A stretch of 64,000 bases of DNA, taken from the NCBI GenBank assembly GCA_965223735.1, contig OZ245010.1, forward strand, positions 146,273 to 210,272, given 5' to 3'. The DNA comes from Candidatus Oxydemutatoraceae bacterium (lineage in GTDB: Bacteria; Pseudomonadota; Gammaproteobacteria; Poriferisulfidales; Oxydemutatoraceae). Shown here piece after piece: positions 27,576 through 38,035 of the stretch (position 1 is its first letter; each line of letters begins with the position of its first letter). The notes beneath the pieces were generated by a model. The model saw only the letters and a list, made by a program, of their open reading frames with translations. It did not search any database and was not told the DNA's origin. The position numbers were made by a program, and so were the translations under genes.

Positions 27576-28928
27576 ATGCGCGATGACGCAATGAAAACAC
27601 TGGTGGCGGGACTTGGTGAAACCGGCGCCTCGGTCGCGCGGTTTTTGCATCGCCGTTCAAAACCGTTCATGGTCGCCGACGACGGACTGCAATCGTCGGC
27701 CTGCACTGAGTTTACAAAGCTGTATCCTGAAGCTGAAGTTCGTCTCGGCGACTTTGACGAACGTTTCTTTCTCGGCGCGGATGAGATCGTGCTGAGTCCC
27801 GGTGTGCCGCTGAAGGCGCCGGCGGTGCAAACCGCGCTTGCGGCGGGGATTCCGGTGATCGGTGATATTGAGTTGTTTGCGCGCACGCTCGCCGCCACCG
27901 AAGCCGTCCGCAGGCCGGTGATCGCGGTTACCGGCTCAAACGGCAAGAGTACGGTGACGACGCTGGTCGCCGACATGGCCGCGTGCGCGGGACTGAAAGC
28001 CGCGGCGGGCGGCAATCTAGGGCCGCCGGCGCTCGACCTGATTGACGACGGGGAGCGGGTTGACCTGTATGTGCTTGAATTGTCGAGTTTCCAGTTGGAG
28101 ACGACGTATTCGCTCACGCCCGAGGCGGCGACGGTCCTGAACGTCAGTCAGGACCATTTTGACCGCTACAGCTCACTCGCCGACTACGCGAAAGCAAAGC
28201 AGAGAGTGTATCGCGGTTGCCGCACCGCGGTGTTGAACCGTGAAGAGCCGTACCGGTTTGAGATCGAGCCCTCTTCCGAAGTCATCAGTTTCGGTCTCGA
28301 TGCCGCGAGCAAAGGACGGTTCGGCGTTGTGCCGACGGGTGACGGCGACGCGATTGCATACGACGCGCAGATATGGCTCGCCTGCCGCGAACTCGGGCGG
28401 TTGCCCGGTGACAGCGGCGTTCTGAACGCGCAGGCCGCGCTGGCGCTCGGTTACGCCGCTGGCTTGCCACGAGCGGCGATGGTCGAGGCGTTGCGGCGTT
28501 TCAAGGGACTGCCGCATCGTCTGCAACCGGTCGGCACGCTTGACGGCGCGACCTGGATCAATGACTCGAAAGCGACCAATGTCGCCGCCGCGGTGGCGGC
28601 GCTCGCAAGCGTCGGGCGCCCGTGCGTGTGGATTGCGGGAGGCGACGGCAAGGGCGCGGATTTTTCACCGCTGTGCGCGGCGGCGGGCAAGGTACGTGAG
28701 GCGATCCTGATCGGGCGCGACGCACCCGCGATCGCCGACGCGGTGTCGGCGACGGTGCGAGTGCAGTTTGCAGAGAACTTCGAGGATGCCGTAACCCGCG
28801 CGCGCGCGGCGGCGATGGAAGGCGACTACGTGCTGTTGTCGCCGGCGTGTTCCAGTCTCGATATGTTTTCAAGCTACGTCGAAAGAGGTGATCGCTTCGT
28901 GCGCATCTTTCAGGAGTTGGCGTCATGA
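27576..28928 (+). CDS. murD: UDP-N-acetylmuramoylalanine-D-glutamate ligase
   Basis: Motifs GLGETG and VTGSNGKSTV are present, and dcw position fits. ATG 27576 or 27591. Confidence 0.9.
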   Translation: MRDDAMKTLVAGLGETGASVARFLHRRSKPFMVADDGLQSSACTEFTKLYPEAEVRLGDFDERFFLGADEIVLSPGVPLKAPAVQTALAAGIPVIGDIELFARTLAATEAVRRPVIAVTGSNGKSTVTTLVADMAACAGLKAAAGGNLGPPALDLIDDGERVDLYVLELSSFQLETTYSLTPEAATVLNVSQDHFDRYSSLADYAKAKQRVYRGCRTAVLNREEPYRFEIEPSSEVISFGLDAASKGRFGVVPTGDGDAIAYDAQIWLACRELGRLPGDSGVLNAQAALALGYAAGLPRAAMVEALRRFKGLPHRLQPVGTLDGATWINDSKATNVAAAVAALASVGRPCVWIAGGDGKGADFSPLCAAAGKVREAILIGRDAPAIADAVSATVRVQFAENFEDAVTRARAAAMEGDYVLLSPACSSLDMFSSYVERGDRFVRIFQELAS

Positions 28929-30130
28929 GTTTGCGGCCGTTGCGTCCGGGGTTTCATCGCCCGCGCGTGTACGTGGGCAGTATCTGGGTGGATACGCCGA
29001 TGGTATGCCTGTTCGCGGTGCTGTGCGTGCTCGGCCTGGTCATGGTCGCGTCGGCCTCGATGGAATTTGCCGATCGCCATCAGGGCGACGCCCTGTATTT
29101 TCTGAAACGGCAGTTTGTTTTCATCCTCCTCGCGTCGTTGATCGGCGCAACGGTTTACCTGAGGCCGTCTGACTTCTGGTTCCGCAACAGTTTTTACATA
29201 TTGTTCGCATGTATTGCATTGCTGTTTGTCGTGCTGATCCCGGATATCGGCAGGGAAGTCAACGGCAGCCGCCGCTGGCTTGATTTGCAAATGTTCACTG
29301 TGCAGCCGTCGGAGACGGCAAAACTTGCGGTCGTCATCTTCCTCGCCGATTACGTCGCTCGCCGTCGTCGGGAGGTGCGTACTATGTCCGGGGGCTTTTT
29401 CAAGCCGCTGGGCGTGGTGATGCTTGTAGCGCTGCTGATCTTTCTTGAACCGGACTACGGCACGGCGGTGATTCTGGTGGGAATTTCGTTCGCCGTGTTG
29501 TTTCTTGCGGGCACAGGGATCCTGCGATCGCTGTTGCTGCTCGTCGGGGGCGGAATACTGGCGGCGCTTGCGGCAGTTGCGGCGCCGTATCGATGGGAGA
29601 GAATCAAGGCGTTTCTCGACCCGTGGAGCGATCCGTTTGAGGGTGGGTATCAATTGACGCAATCGCTGATCGCGATCGGCAGCGGCGGTTGGTTCGGGCA
29701 GGGGTTGGGCGGCGGTATTCAGAAACTGTTCTATCTGCCCGAGGCGCATACTGATTTTATCTTTGCGGTGATCGCCGAGGAACTCGGCTTCGTCGGCGTT
29801 TGCGCCGTAGTTCTCGTGTATCTTGGGATTTTGTGGCGCTGCTTTGGTGTTGCCGAACGCGCCGAGCGCCGGGGACTTTGCGCCGGCGCGTTCTTTGCCT
29901 ACGGCATGGGGGTGTGGCTCGGGGCTCAGGCGTTCATCAACATCGCGGTGGCGATGGGGTTGCTGCCGACCAAGGGCATCACGCTGCCGGCGGTCAGCGT
30001 CGGCGGCAGCAGCCTGATGGTGGTGTTCGTCGGGCTTGCGATCGTGCAGCGTATCCACCACGAGGCATGTTGCGAAGACACGTTGCTGATGCGCCAGTAC
30101 CGGATGAGGAAAAACGATGCCGCGCGATGA
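28925..30130 (+). CDS. ftsW: Peptidoglycan glycosyltransferase FtsW (SEDS family)
   Basis: Polytopic SEDS sequence with PSE..K, EAHTDFIFAVIAEELG and LPTKGITLP motifs. ATGA overlap with murD. Confidence 0.9.
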   Translation: MSLRPLRPGFHRPRVYVGSIWVDTPMVCLFAVLCVLGLVMVASASMEFADRHQGDALYFLKRQFVFILLASLIGATVYLRPSDFWFRNSFYILFACIALLFVVLIPDIGREVNGSRRWLDLQMFTVQPSETAKLAVVIFLADYVARRRREVRTMSGGFFKPLGVVMLVALLIFLEPDYGTAVILVGISFAVLFLAGTGILRSLLLLVGGGILAALAAVAAPYRWERIKAFLDPWSDPFEGGYQLTQSLIAIGSGGWFGQGLGGGIQKLFYLPEAHTDFIFAVIAEELGFVGVCAVVLVYLGILWRCFGVAERAERRGLCAGAFFAYGMGVWLGAQAFINIAVAMGLLPTKGITLPAVSVGGSSLMVVFVGLAIVQRIHHEACCEDTLLMRQYRMRKNDAAR

Positions 30131-31208
30131 ATACGGACCGCGGGTGATGATCGCTGCCGGCGGCACCGGAGGCCATGTGTTCCCGGGCATCGCGGTGGCG
30201 CGGCGTTTGCGCGAGCGCAACATCGGCGTCGTCTGGCTGGGCAGCGACGGAAGCTTTGAAGCCGATCACGTGGCGCGCGCGGGACTGGCGTTTGAAAAGA
30301 TCAACATCCGGGGGTTCCGCCGCCGCGGCTGGCTGTCGTGGCTGACCGCGCCGTGGCGGCTGAGCTTTGCACTGTTGCAGGCGTTGAGGATCCTGCTCCG
30401 GTGCAAGCCGGACCTGGTGCTCGGCTTCGGCGGGTTTGCGGCGGTGCCCGGCGGGCTGATGGCGCTGGCGCTGAACATTCCGTTGCTGATACATGAGCAG
30501 AACGCGGTCGCGGGTCTGGCCAATAAATTGCTGGCGCCGTTCAGTCGGCGCGTGCTGCTCGGTTTTCCGGAGGCGATCGTCCGGCGCAATGCGCAGTGGG
30601 TGGGTAATCCCGTGCGCCCGGACATCGCCGCCTTGCCGGCGCCCGCGCAACGCCTCGAAGGCCGCGGCGGACGGTTCAGGCTGCTGGTCGTCGGCGGCAG
30701 CCGCGGAGCGGCGGTGTTCAACGAGGTCGTGCCGCAGGCGCTCGCCGTACTCGCCGTCGACTGTCGTCCGCAGGTCAGGCAACAGGCTGGGCGCGGCAAG
30801 GTTGAAGCCGCGCGCGTCACCGCCGCGCGCGCCGGCGTTGACATTGAACTCTTTGAGTTCATAGACGATATCGCCGCAATGTATGCGTGGGCGGATCTCG
30901 TGCTGTGTCGCGCCGGTGCGTCGTCGGTGGCCGAGGTCGCCGCCGCGGGTGTCGCCGCGGTATTCGTGCCGTATCCCTTTTCAGTTGACGACCACCAAGT
31001 TGCCAACGCGCGGTTTCTGGTCTCCCGGGATGCGGCGATGCTGATCTTGCAGCCTGAATTCACGCCGCGGGCGTTTGCCAAAATGCTCGAGCGCTTTGTC
31101 AGTTCGCGCGACGAACTCCTTCGCCTTGCGGTGAACGCGAGGCACCTGGGGCGGACGCAGGCCGACGTTGCGGTCGCCGATCTGTGCGTGCAGGCCATGG
31201 AGAGGTGA
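30117..31208 (+). CDS. murG: UDP-N-acetylglucosamine-N-acetylmuramyl-(pentapeptide) pyrophosphoryl-undecaprenol N-acetylglucosamine transferase
   Basis: AAGGTGGHVFPG motif is present and dcw position fits. Confidence 0.9.
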   Translation: MPRDEYGPRVMIAAGGTGGHVFPGIAVARRLRERNIGVVWLGSDGSFEADHVARAGLAFEKINIRGFRRRGWLSWLTAPWRLSFALLQALRILLRCKPDLVLGFGGFAAVPGGLMALALNIPLLIHEQNAVAGLANKLLAPFSRRVLLGFPEAIVRRNAQWVGNPVRPDIAALPAPAQRLEGRGGRFRLLVVGGSRGAAVFNEVVPQALAVLAVDCRPQVRQQAGRGKVEAARVTAARAGVDIELFEFIDDIAAMYAWADLVLCRAGASSVAEVAAAGVAAVFVPYPFSVDDHQVANARFLVSRDAAMLILQPEFTPRAFAKMLERFVSSRDELLRLAVNARHLGRTQADVAVADLCVQAMER

Positions 31209-32629
31209 TGGCCGGGCATACCGACATGCCTCATCAGGTAGGCGTCATTCACTTCGTCGGCATCGGCGGCGTCGGCATGAGCGGGATCGCCGAGGTGTTG
31301 GTAAATCTCGGCTATCAGGTGCAGGGCTCGGACATTGCCGACGGTGTCGCGGTACGGCGATTGCGCGCGATGGGTGTCAGGGTCTTTACCGGCCACACTG
31401 CGGATAATGTACGCGCCTGCGGTGTCATCGTCGCTTCATCCGCAATCCCCGAAGACAACCCCGAGGTCTGTGAAGCCAGGCGCTGGCGTATTCCGGTGTT
31501 GAAACGCGCCCAGATGCTGGCGGAATTGATGCGGTTTCGTTTCGGCATCGCAATCGCCGGCACTCACGGCAAGACGACGACCACCAGTTTGGTGGCGGGG
31601 CTTTTGTCGGAGGCCGGGTTTGACCCGACCTACGTGGTCGGCGGCAAGGTCGAGCGGTTCGGCGGCGGTGCGGGTCTGGGGCGAAGCCGTTACTTGGTGG
31701 TCGAGGCCGACGAAAGCGATGCGTCATTTCTGCACCTCGATCCGGTGATGGCGGTGGTGACCAACGTCGATAACGATCATCTCGTTGCGTACGGCGGGGA
31801 TTTTGAGCGGCTCAAGCGGGCGTTTCAGGACTTTCTGGCTAACCTGCCGTTCTACGGTACCGCCATCGTGTGTCGTGACGATCCGGTGTTGCGTGAACTT
31901 TCTCTTGTGGTGCCGAGGAATTTTGTGACTTATGGTTTCAGCGAAGACAGCGACATCCGCGCGTCCGACGTACGGGTTGAAGGAATGTCGAGCATTTTCA
32001 GGGTCAATACGCGGTGGTGCGAAGACGAAGTTGAGCTCAGGCTGAACCTGCCGGGCAGTCACAACGTTTTGAACGCGCTCGCGGCGTTCGGGGTATGCCA
32101 TGAACTCGGCGCCGACGAACGCACGGTCGGCGATGCGTTGGCGCAGTTTGAAGGCATCAGTCGGCGTCTTCAGGTTCACGGGGAGATTCGTGCGGGTGCC
32201 GGTTCTGCGCTGGTGGTCGATGATTACGGTCATCATCCGGCTGAGATCGCAGCGACACTGGAGGCCGTGCGCGCGGCGTGGCCCGCACGACGCGTGGTGC
32301 TGGTTTTTCAACCGCATCGCTACACGCGCACGCATCAGTTGTTTGACGATTTTGTCGCCGTGCTGGGTGGTGCCGACCGTCTGGTTCTGCTCGACGTGTA
32401 CCCGGCCGGGGAGGCCCCGATCGCGGGCGCTGACGCGCGTGCCTTGTGCGACGCGATCGGGAAAACCGGTGCGGTTGAGCTGGCGTACGCGGGTGCGTTG
32501 CAGGATGTGCCTGCGGAGATCTCACGAATCGCCGCCGCCGGAGACCTTGTACTGACGATGGGGGCGGGCTCGATCGGCGCCCTCGCGCCGACGCTGGTAA
32601 AGGAGCTGAACTGCAATGATGCGGCTTGA
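31208..32629 (+). CDS. murC: UDP-N-acetylmuramate-L-alanine ligase
   Basis: Motifs HFVGIGGVGMSGIAEVL and AGTHGKTTTTS are present. The start overlaps the murG stop (TGATG). Confidence 0.9.
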   Translation: MAGHTDMPHQVGVIHFVGIGGVGMSGIAEVLVNLGYQVQGSDIADGVAVRRLRAMGVRVFTGHTADNVRACGVIVASSAIPEDNPEVCEARRWRIPVLKRAQMLAELMRFRFGIAIAGTHGKTTTTSLVAGLLSEAGFDPTYVVGGKVERFGGGAGLGRSRYLVVEADESDASFLHLDPVMAVVTNVDNDHLVAYGGDFERLKRAFQDFLANLPFYGTAIVCRDDPVLRELSLVVPRNFVTYGFSEDSDIRASDVRVEGMSSIFRVNTRWCEDEVELRLNLPGSHNVLNALAAFGVCHELGADERTVGDALAQFEGISRRLQVHGEIRAGAGSALVVDDYGHHPAEIAATLEAVRAAWPARRVVLVFQPHRYTRTHQLFDDFVAVLGGADRLVLLDVYPAGEAPIAGADARALCDAIGKTGAVELAYAGALQDVPAEISRIAAAGDLVLTMGAGSIGALAPTLVKELNCNDAA

Positions 32630-33518
32630 TTGTGACACCGCAAATCTGAGCGGAAGTTTGCAGTTTGATTGCGAACTCAGCGAGTGGAATTCCTGGCGCG
32701 TCGGCGGACGCTCGGATTGCTTTTACGTGCCGTCCGGGGTCGGGGACTTCGCGTTTTTTCTGGGGCATTGCGTCGGCGACAGGTCGGTAACCTGCATCGG
32801 GCTTGGCAGCAATCTGCTGGTGCGTGACGGCGGTGTGCGCGGTATCGTGGTGTCGCTGAAAGACGGCTTTGAGGAAATTACGGACTCGGGCGGTGTCGTG
32901 TATGCGCAGGCCGGCGTCACCTGTGCCGGGCTCGCGCGTTACTGTGCCCGGTACGGTCTCGAAGGCCTGGAGTTTATCGTCGGCGTGCCGGGCACCGTCG
33001 GCGGTGCATTGGCGATGAACGCCGGCGCCTTCGGGGGGCAGATCTGGGAGCGCGTGATCGCGGTGGACACGATAAACCGTGCGGGTCGCGTGCACACCCG
33101 CGAGGCGGAGGATTTCGAGGTCGGTTACCGCACGGTGGAACTGCCCGGCGAGGAATGGTTCGTCGCGGGGCGCTTTAAACTCTCTCCCGGCGCCGCGTCT
33201 GGCAGGTTGAAGAGGCGCATTGCGGAATTCCTGAAGCAGCGCAGGGCGACGCAGCCGATAGGGCAGCGCAGCTGCGGTTCGGTTTTCAAAAATCCCGGCG
33301 ACGATCACGCGGCGCGGCTGATCGAGAAATGTGATCTCAAGGAACACGCCATCGGCGACGCGCAGGTGTCGGCCAGGCACGCCAACTTCATTATCAATCG
33401 GGGCAACGCCAGCGCCGCCGAGATCGAGGCGTTGATCTGTCATGTGCAGGCAACTGTCGCGCGGAAAACCGGTGTTGAGTTGCGAACCGAGGTCAGGATC
33501 ATTGGAGAAAAAATCTGA
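32616..33518 (+). CDS. murB: UDP-N-acetylenolpyruvoylglucosamine reductase
   Basis: FAD-binding GLGSNLLVRD and the C-terminal SCGSVFKNP motif are present. Confidence 0.9.
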   Translation: MMRLDCDTANLSGSLQFDCELSEWNSWRVGGRSDCFYVPSGVGDFAFFLGHCVGDRSVTCIGLGSNLLVRDGGVRGIVVSLKDGFEEITDSGGVVYAQAGVTCAGLARYCARYGLEGLEFIVGVPGTVGGALAMNAGAFGGQIWERVIAVDTINRAGRVHTREAEDFEVGYRTVELPGEEWFVAGRFKLSPGAASGRLKRRIAEFLKQRRATQPIGQRSCGSVFKNPGDDHAARLIEKCDLKEHAIGDAQVSARHANFIINRGNASAAEIEALICHVQATVARKTGVELRTEVRIIGEKI

Positions 33519-34477
33519 TGTATGAGATCAAAACAGAAACAGCGGCGAAGACCTTCGGTCGGGTCGCCGTGCTGATGGGTGGCTGGTCGCAGGAGCGGGA
33601 CATCTCATTGCGCAGCGGCGACGCCGTATTGTCGGCGCTCAAATCCGTCGGCGTTGACGCCTTTGCGGTGGATCTCAAAGGCGGCGCCGAACTCGCCGGT
33701 CTCGGCCGCGAGCGGTTTGCACGTGCGTTCATCGCGCTTCACGGCAGGGGCGGTGAAGACGGTGTCGTTCAGGCGGTGCTTGAAGCCATGCGTATTCCCT
33801 ATACCGGCAGCGGCGTGCTCGCCTCGGCGCTGGCAATGAACAAGTTGATGAGCAAGCGGCTGTGGAAACAGATGGGGCTGTCAACGCCGGACTTCATGGA
33901 GCTCGCAAGCGGCTTTGTCCCCGGGGACGTGGTCGAGATGCTGAGTCTGCCGCTGGCGGTCAAGCCTGCACTCGAGGGATCGAGCCTCGGTGTCAGCCGG
34001 GTCAACAGCGCCGATCAGCTGCAGCAGGCCTGGGTCGAGGCGTCGCGCTACGAAGGCCCGGTAATCGCCGAGCGCTGGATAGACGGCGAGGAGTATGCCG
34101 TCGGTATTCTTCGCGACCGCGTGTTGCCGCCGGTGAAACTCGAATACGACAACCACGTGTTCTATGACTACCAGGCGAAGTACGAAGACAACGGGACTCG
34201 CTACCTGTGTTCCGACGGTTTGTCGCCGGGTGAGACCGCGCGCTTGCAGTCGCTGTCTTATCTTGCGGCCGACGCTTTGGTCGTTACCGGTTGGGGGCGT
34301 GCCGACCTGAGGCGCGACGCGAACGGTAAATTCTGGCTGCTCGAGGTCAATACGTCTCCCGGAATGACTGGCCACAGTCTGGTGCCGAAGGCGGCGCAGG
34401 CCGACGGCATGGATTTTGAGCAGACCGTGCTTGAAGTTCTGTCGACCTCTCTGGACGGCGGAGGATGCGATGAATAG
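33518..34477 (+). CDS. ddl: D-alanine-D-alanine ligase
   Basis: Motifs HGRGGEDG, EGSSLGVS and EVNTSPGMT are present. 1-nt overlap with the murB stop. Confidence 0.9.
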   Translation: MYEIKTETAAKTFGRVAVLMGGWSQERDISLRSGDAVLSALKSVGVDAFAVDLKGGAELAGLGRERFARAFIALHGRGGEDGVVQAVLEAMRIPYTGSGVLASALAMNKLMSKRLWKQMGLSTPDFMELASGFVPGDVVEMLSLPLAVKPALEGSSLGVSRVNSADQLQQAWVEASRYEGPVIAERWIDGEEYAVGILRDRVLPPVKLEYDNHVFYDYQAKYEDNGTRYLCSDGLSPGETARLQSLSYLAADALVVTGWGRADLRRDANGKFWLLEVNTSPGMTGHSLVPKAAQADGMDFEQTVLEVLSTSLDGGGCDE

Positions 34478-35237
34478 TGCGGCAAGCAGGATGTGGCGTA
34501 CCGGCGCGCCGGTGTTTATCGGTCTCTCGCGCGTCCTCGAGCGGTTGCTTTTCGCCGCCGCCGTGCTGGCACTGGCCGCGAGCGCGTTCGTTTATCACCG
34601 GCATTGGATGCCGGTGCTGTTTCCGGCGATCAGCCATATTCAATTGCAAGGGCAGTTTGTTCACATCGACCGTTTTGAAGTCGAGTGGCTGGTGCGAAGC
34701 AATATCAACGGTCACTTCTTTGACGTCAATCTGCATACTCTCAAACGCGCGCTCGAGGCCATGCCGTGGGTCAGGCGAGTGCGCGTCGAGCGGGTGTGGC
34801 CGCAGACTCTGCTGGTCGAACTCGAAGAGCACGACGTCGCGGCGCGCTGGGGAGTCGATGCGCTGCTCAGCACCGAAGGCGTGGTGTTTGCCCCGGATCG
34901 GATCAGCGCCGCCGGCCTTGTGATGCTGCATGCGTCGGCGGGCATGGAATTGGCGGTGCTCGAGAAGTACCGCAGGGCGCGTGAGTTATTGGCTGCCGTC
35001 AACGGTGCGGCGATCAGGGCGCTCGGCGAAGACCGTCATGGTTCATGGCGCCTGATACTCGACAACGGCATTGCCGTAAAACTCGGCGATACGCATTGGG
35101 AAAGCCGGCTCAGGCGCTTTGTCGGCGCCTGGCGCAACGGTCTGTACGCGCAGGCCACGCGCATTCAATGCATTGACGCCAGGTATCCGAACGGTCTGGC
35201 CGTGGTCTGGAAAGACCGGCGGGGGGATTGCGAATGA
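34470..35237 (+). CDS. ftsQ: Cell division protein FtsQ
   Basis: Bitopic protein with a POTRA-like segment (…WVRRVRVERVWPQTLLVELEE…). It is positioned between ddl and ftsA, and its ATG overlaps the ddl end. Confidence 0.8.
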   Translation: MNSAASRMWRTGAPVFIGLSRVLERLLFAAAVLALAASAFVYHRHWMPVLFPAISHIQLQGQFVHIDRFEVEWLVRSNINGHFFDVNLHTLKRALEAMPWVRRVRVERVWPQTLLVELEEHDVAARWGVDALLSTEGVVFAPDRISAAGLVMLHASAGMELAVLEKYRRARELLAAVNGAAIRALGEDRHGSWRLILDNGIAVKLGDTHWESRLRRFVGAWRNGLYAQATRIQCIDARYPNGLAVVWKDRRGDCE

Positions 35238-36481
35238 AGTCAATCGGGATGAAGGCCGAGCGGCAGATACTGACCGCGCTCGACATCGGCACCAGCAAGA
35301 CCGCCGCAATCGTCGCCGCAACCGCTGAAGACGACGGCGTCGAGGTGCTGAGCGTCGGCACCTGCCCGTCCGGCGGCCTGAAGAAAGGCGTGGTGGTTGA
35401 TATCGAGGAAACGGTGAATTCAATCCGCTGCGCGGTCGAGGAGGTCGAGCTGACCGCGGAAGTGAACGTTGACAAGGTCTATGTCAGCATCTCCGGCAGC
35501 CATATCAAGAGTTTCAACTGCGAGGGGATGGCGCCGATCAAAGACAACGAGGTCAGCGAACTCGATATAGACCGCGCGATAGAAACGGCGCAGGCGATGC
35601 AGTTGCCCGCCGATCAGCAGGTGTTGCACGTGTTGCCGCGGGACTTCTCGATCGACGGGCAGAGCGGCGTCAAGAACCCGATCGGGATGTCGGGCTATCG
35701 CCTGCACGCGAACGTGCACATGGTCACCGGCGAAAAGCATCCGATCAACAATATCATTAAATGCGTCAGGCGCTGCAATCTCGAGATCGCGGACTTCGTC
35801 CTCGAGCAAATTGCATCGGGTCGGGCGGTGCTCGACGCGGATGAAAGCGAACTCGGCGTCTGCCTGCTCGACATCGGCGGCGGCACTACCGATATCGCGG
35901 TGTTCAGCAAGGGCACGGTCACGCATACCGCGGTGATACCGATCGCCGGCGACCACGTGACCAATGATATTGCAATCACGTTGCGCACGCCGGCCAAAAA
36001 CGCCGAGGAAATCAAATTGAAATACGGTTGTGCGCTCAAGCAGTTTGCGGGTGAGGAGGAAACGATTGAAGTTCCGAGCGTCGCCGACAGGCCTCCGACG
36101 CGCTTGCGGCGGCGTTCGCTGGCCGAGGTGATACAGCCGCGTTACGAGGAACTGTTCAACCTGGTGCGCAGGGAACTCAATGAGAAAGCGATTGAAGACC
36201 TGATCGTGGCGGGGTTTGTGCTCACCGGCGGCAGCTCTAAGATGGAAGGCGTTCTCGATCTCGCTGAAAACATATTCAACGCGCCGGTGCGTATCGGCAA
36301 GCCGCAGACCGGCGTTACCGGTCTGGCGGAGATCATCAGCAACCCGATCTACGCAACGGGCATCGGCCTTTTGCACTCCGCGGCCGAAATGTCGGCCGCT
36401 TCCCGACGCGGCAAACTTCCCGGGGTCGGCGTCGGTCGCATCTGGGGCAAATTCAAAAACTGGTTTCAAAGAAATTTCTAA
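35234..36481 (+). CDS. ftsA: Cell division protein FtsA
   Basis: Actin-fold motifs LDIGTSK and LDIGGGTTDIAVF are present, along with a C-terminal amphipathic helix (WGKFKNWFQRNF). ATGA overlap with ftsQ. Confidence 0.92.
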   Translation: MKSIGMKAERQILTALDIGTSKTAAIVAATAEDDGVEVLSVGTCPSGGLKKGVVVDIEETVNSIRCAVEEVELTAEVNVDKVYVSISGSHIKSFNCEGMAPIKDNEVSELDIDRAIETAQAMQLPADQQVLHVLPRDFSIDGQSGVKNPIGMSGYRLHANVHMVTGEKHPINNIIKCVRRCNLEIADFVLEQIASGRAVLDADESELGVCLLDIGGGTTDIAVFSKGTVTHTAVIPIAGDHVTNDIAITLRTPAKNAEEIKLKYGCALKQFAGEEETIEVPSVADRPPTRLRRRSLAEVIQPRYEELFNLVRRELNEKAIEDLIVAGFVLTGGSSKMEGVLDLAENIFNAPVRIGKPQTGVTGLAEIISNPIYATGIGLLHSAAEMSAASRRGKLPGVGVGRIWGKFKNWFQRNF

Positions 36482-36500
36482 CCACTAAAGGAGAACCGTC

Positions 36501-37715
36501 ATGTTTACAATTATTGACAAATCCACGCACAGCGCTGTAATTAAAGTCATCGGTGTCGGTGGCGGCGGCGGCAACGCGCTTGAGCACATGATTGATAAGG
36601 GTATCGAGGGGGTCGAGTTTATTGCGACCAATACCGACGCCCAGGCTTTGAGCAGGAGCAAAGCGCCTTCGACTTTGCAGCTGGGAGAAAGCGTCACTCA
36701 CGGGCTCGGCGCCGGCGCTGATCCGGCACTTGGGCGCGAGGCTGCGATCGAGGCGCGTGAAACCCTCCAGGCGACACTCGAGGGAGCCGACATGGTGTTC
36801 ATTGCCGCGGGCATGGGCGGCGGCACCGGCACCGGCGCGGCGCCGGTGATTGCCGAGATTGCGAGCGACGTCGGCAGCCTGACCGTGGCGGTGGTGACCA
36901 AACCGTTCCCGTTCGAGCGCGAGCGGCGTATGCAGGTCGCGGAAACCGGTATTGAGGAGTTGAACAAACGTGTCGATTCGTTGATCACGATCCCCAACGA
37001 GAAGTTGATTACGGTGCTGGGCAAGGAGCGGCCGATGATCGAGGCGTTCAAGGAAGCCGACGACGTGCTGTTCAGCGCGGTGCAGGGCATCGCCGAGCTG
37101 ATTACCCGTGAAGGGCTGGTCAATCTTGACTTTGCCGACGTCAAAACCGTGATGCTGAAAACCGGCATGGCGATGATGGGCACCGGTTGCGCGGAAGGTG
37201 AGAACCGCGCGTACGAGGCTGCGCACGCGGCGATCAACAACCCTCTGCTCGAGGACGTTGACCTGACCAATGCGTGCGGCGTCCTGGTGAACATCATGGC
37301 CGGTAACAGCCTGACGATGGGCGAGTTTGAGGAGATTGGTCTGTGCATGTCGCAATTGGCGGCGCCCGATGCCAGCGTCGTTATCGGCACGGTGATTGAC
37401 GAGAACATGGGGGATGCGCTCAGAGTGACGCTGGTCGCCACCGGGCTTGGGGGCGCCGCCGGCAGCGTCAGCGATGGCGCCGCGGCGGCTGCAGAGACAA
37501 TCGCGATCCTGCCGTCGCCCGAGCTGGCGTCCGGGGTATCCGCATTGACGCCCGAGCCGGCGCCGGTTCAGACGCCGGACTACGTCGCTTACGACGCACC
37601 GGCGGTGAGGCGCCGGGCGAACGGCATCGGAGACGATCAGTGCGACGGCGACGATCAGGAGGAATACGGCAAGTATCTGGACATCCCGGCATTTCTTCGC
37701 CATCAGGTGGATTGA
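36501..37715 (+). CDS. ftsZ: Cell division protein FtsZ
   Basis: Tubulin signature GGGTGTGAAPVIA and VIGVGGGGGNA are present, with the conserved C-terminal peptide DIPAFLR. An AAAGGAG RBS precedes the start. Confidence 0.97.
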   Translation: MFTIIDKSTHSAVIKVIGVGGGGGNALEHMIDKGIEGVEFIATNTDAQALSRSKAPSTLQLGESVTHGLGAGADPALGREAAIEARETLQATLEGADMVFIAAGMGGGTGTGAAPVIAEIASDVGSLTVAVVTKPFPFERERRMQVAETGIEELNKRVDSLITIPNEKLITVLGKERPMIEAFKEADDVLFSAVQGIAELITREGLVNLDFADVKTVMLKTGMAMMGTGCAEGENRAYEAAHAAINNPLLEDVDLTNACGVLVNIMAGNSLTMGEFEEIGLCMSQLAAPDASVVIGTVIDENMGDALRVTLVATGLGGAAGSVSDGAAAAAETIAILPSPELASGVSALTPEPAPVQTPDYVAYDAPAVRRRANGIGDDQCDGDDQEEYGKYLDIPAFLRHQVD

Positions 37716-38035
37716 TCACGCGGCACGGGGGTAAGTGACTGGATTCCGGTTCAGGGATCAAAGCGCCGGGAGATGTCCCTACCTGGTTCCGGACGTTTTG
37801 ACTTTGAGCGCGGTAAACGTTGTTTGCGGATAACCGGTAACGGCTGAACGGCGTGCCGACCCGCCGGTCGGCCGTCGTGTGTCCCCGTTTGGAGGCAGCT
37901 ACCCGGCTCAGACCGAAGGTGAGTGTTCCCGGCTGAAAACTTTTTTGCCGCGATGGCGCCGGTGGTTGTGCCGGGCGTCCGGCGGCGGCTGTTCCGAACG
38001 CCGCCGATGAGCGCCGTGTGCGGTTACCGGCGCTG

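Noticed and set aside
22223-37703. Very long antisense or alternative-frame ORFs across the dcw cluster. Examples: 22223-23857 -, 25050-26228 -, 26510-28117 -, 28910-30223 -, 30266-31396 -, 32157-33443 -, 35420-36469 - and 36453-37703 -.
   Set aside because: They are mirror-frame shadows of well-supported genes (ftsI, murF, mraY/murD, ftsW, murG, murC/murB, ftsA, ftsZ). Their composition is Arg/Pro/His-rich and they carry no motifs, as expected in high-GC DNA. The same applies to 62720-63901 (-) opposite dnaE and 3234-4229 (+) opposite glnS.
37855-37875. Hairpin GCCGACC-CGCC-GGTCGGC downstream of ftsZ as a terminator
   Set aside because: The stem is only 7 bp and no T-run follows it, so I do not count it as a reliable intrinsic terminator.
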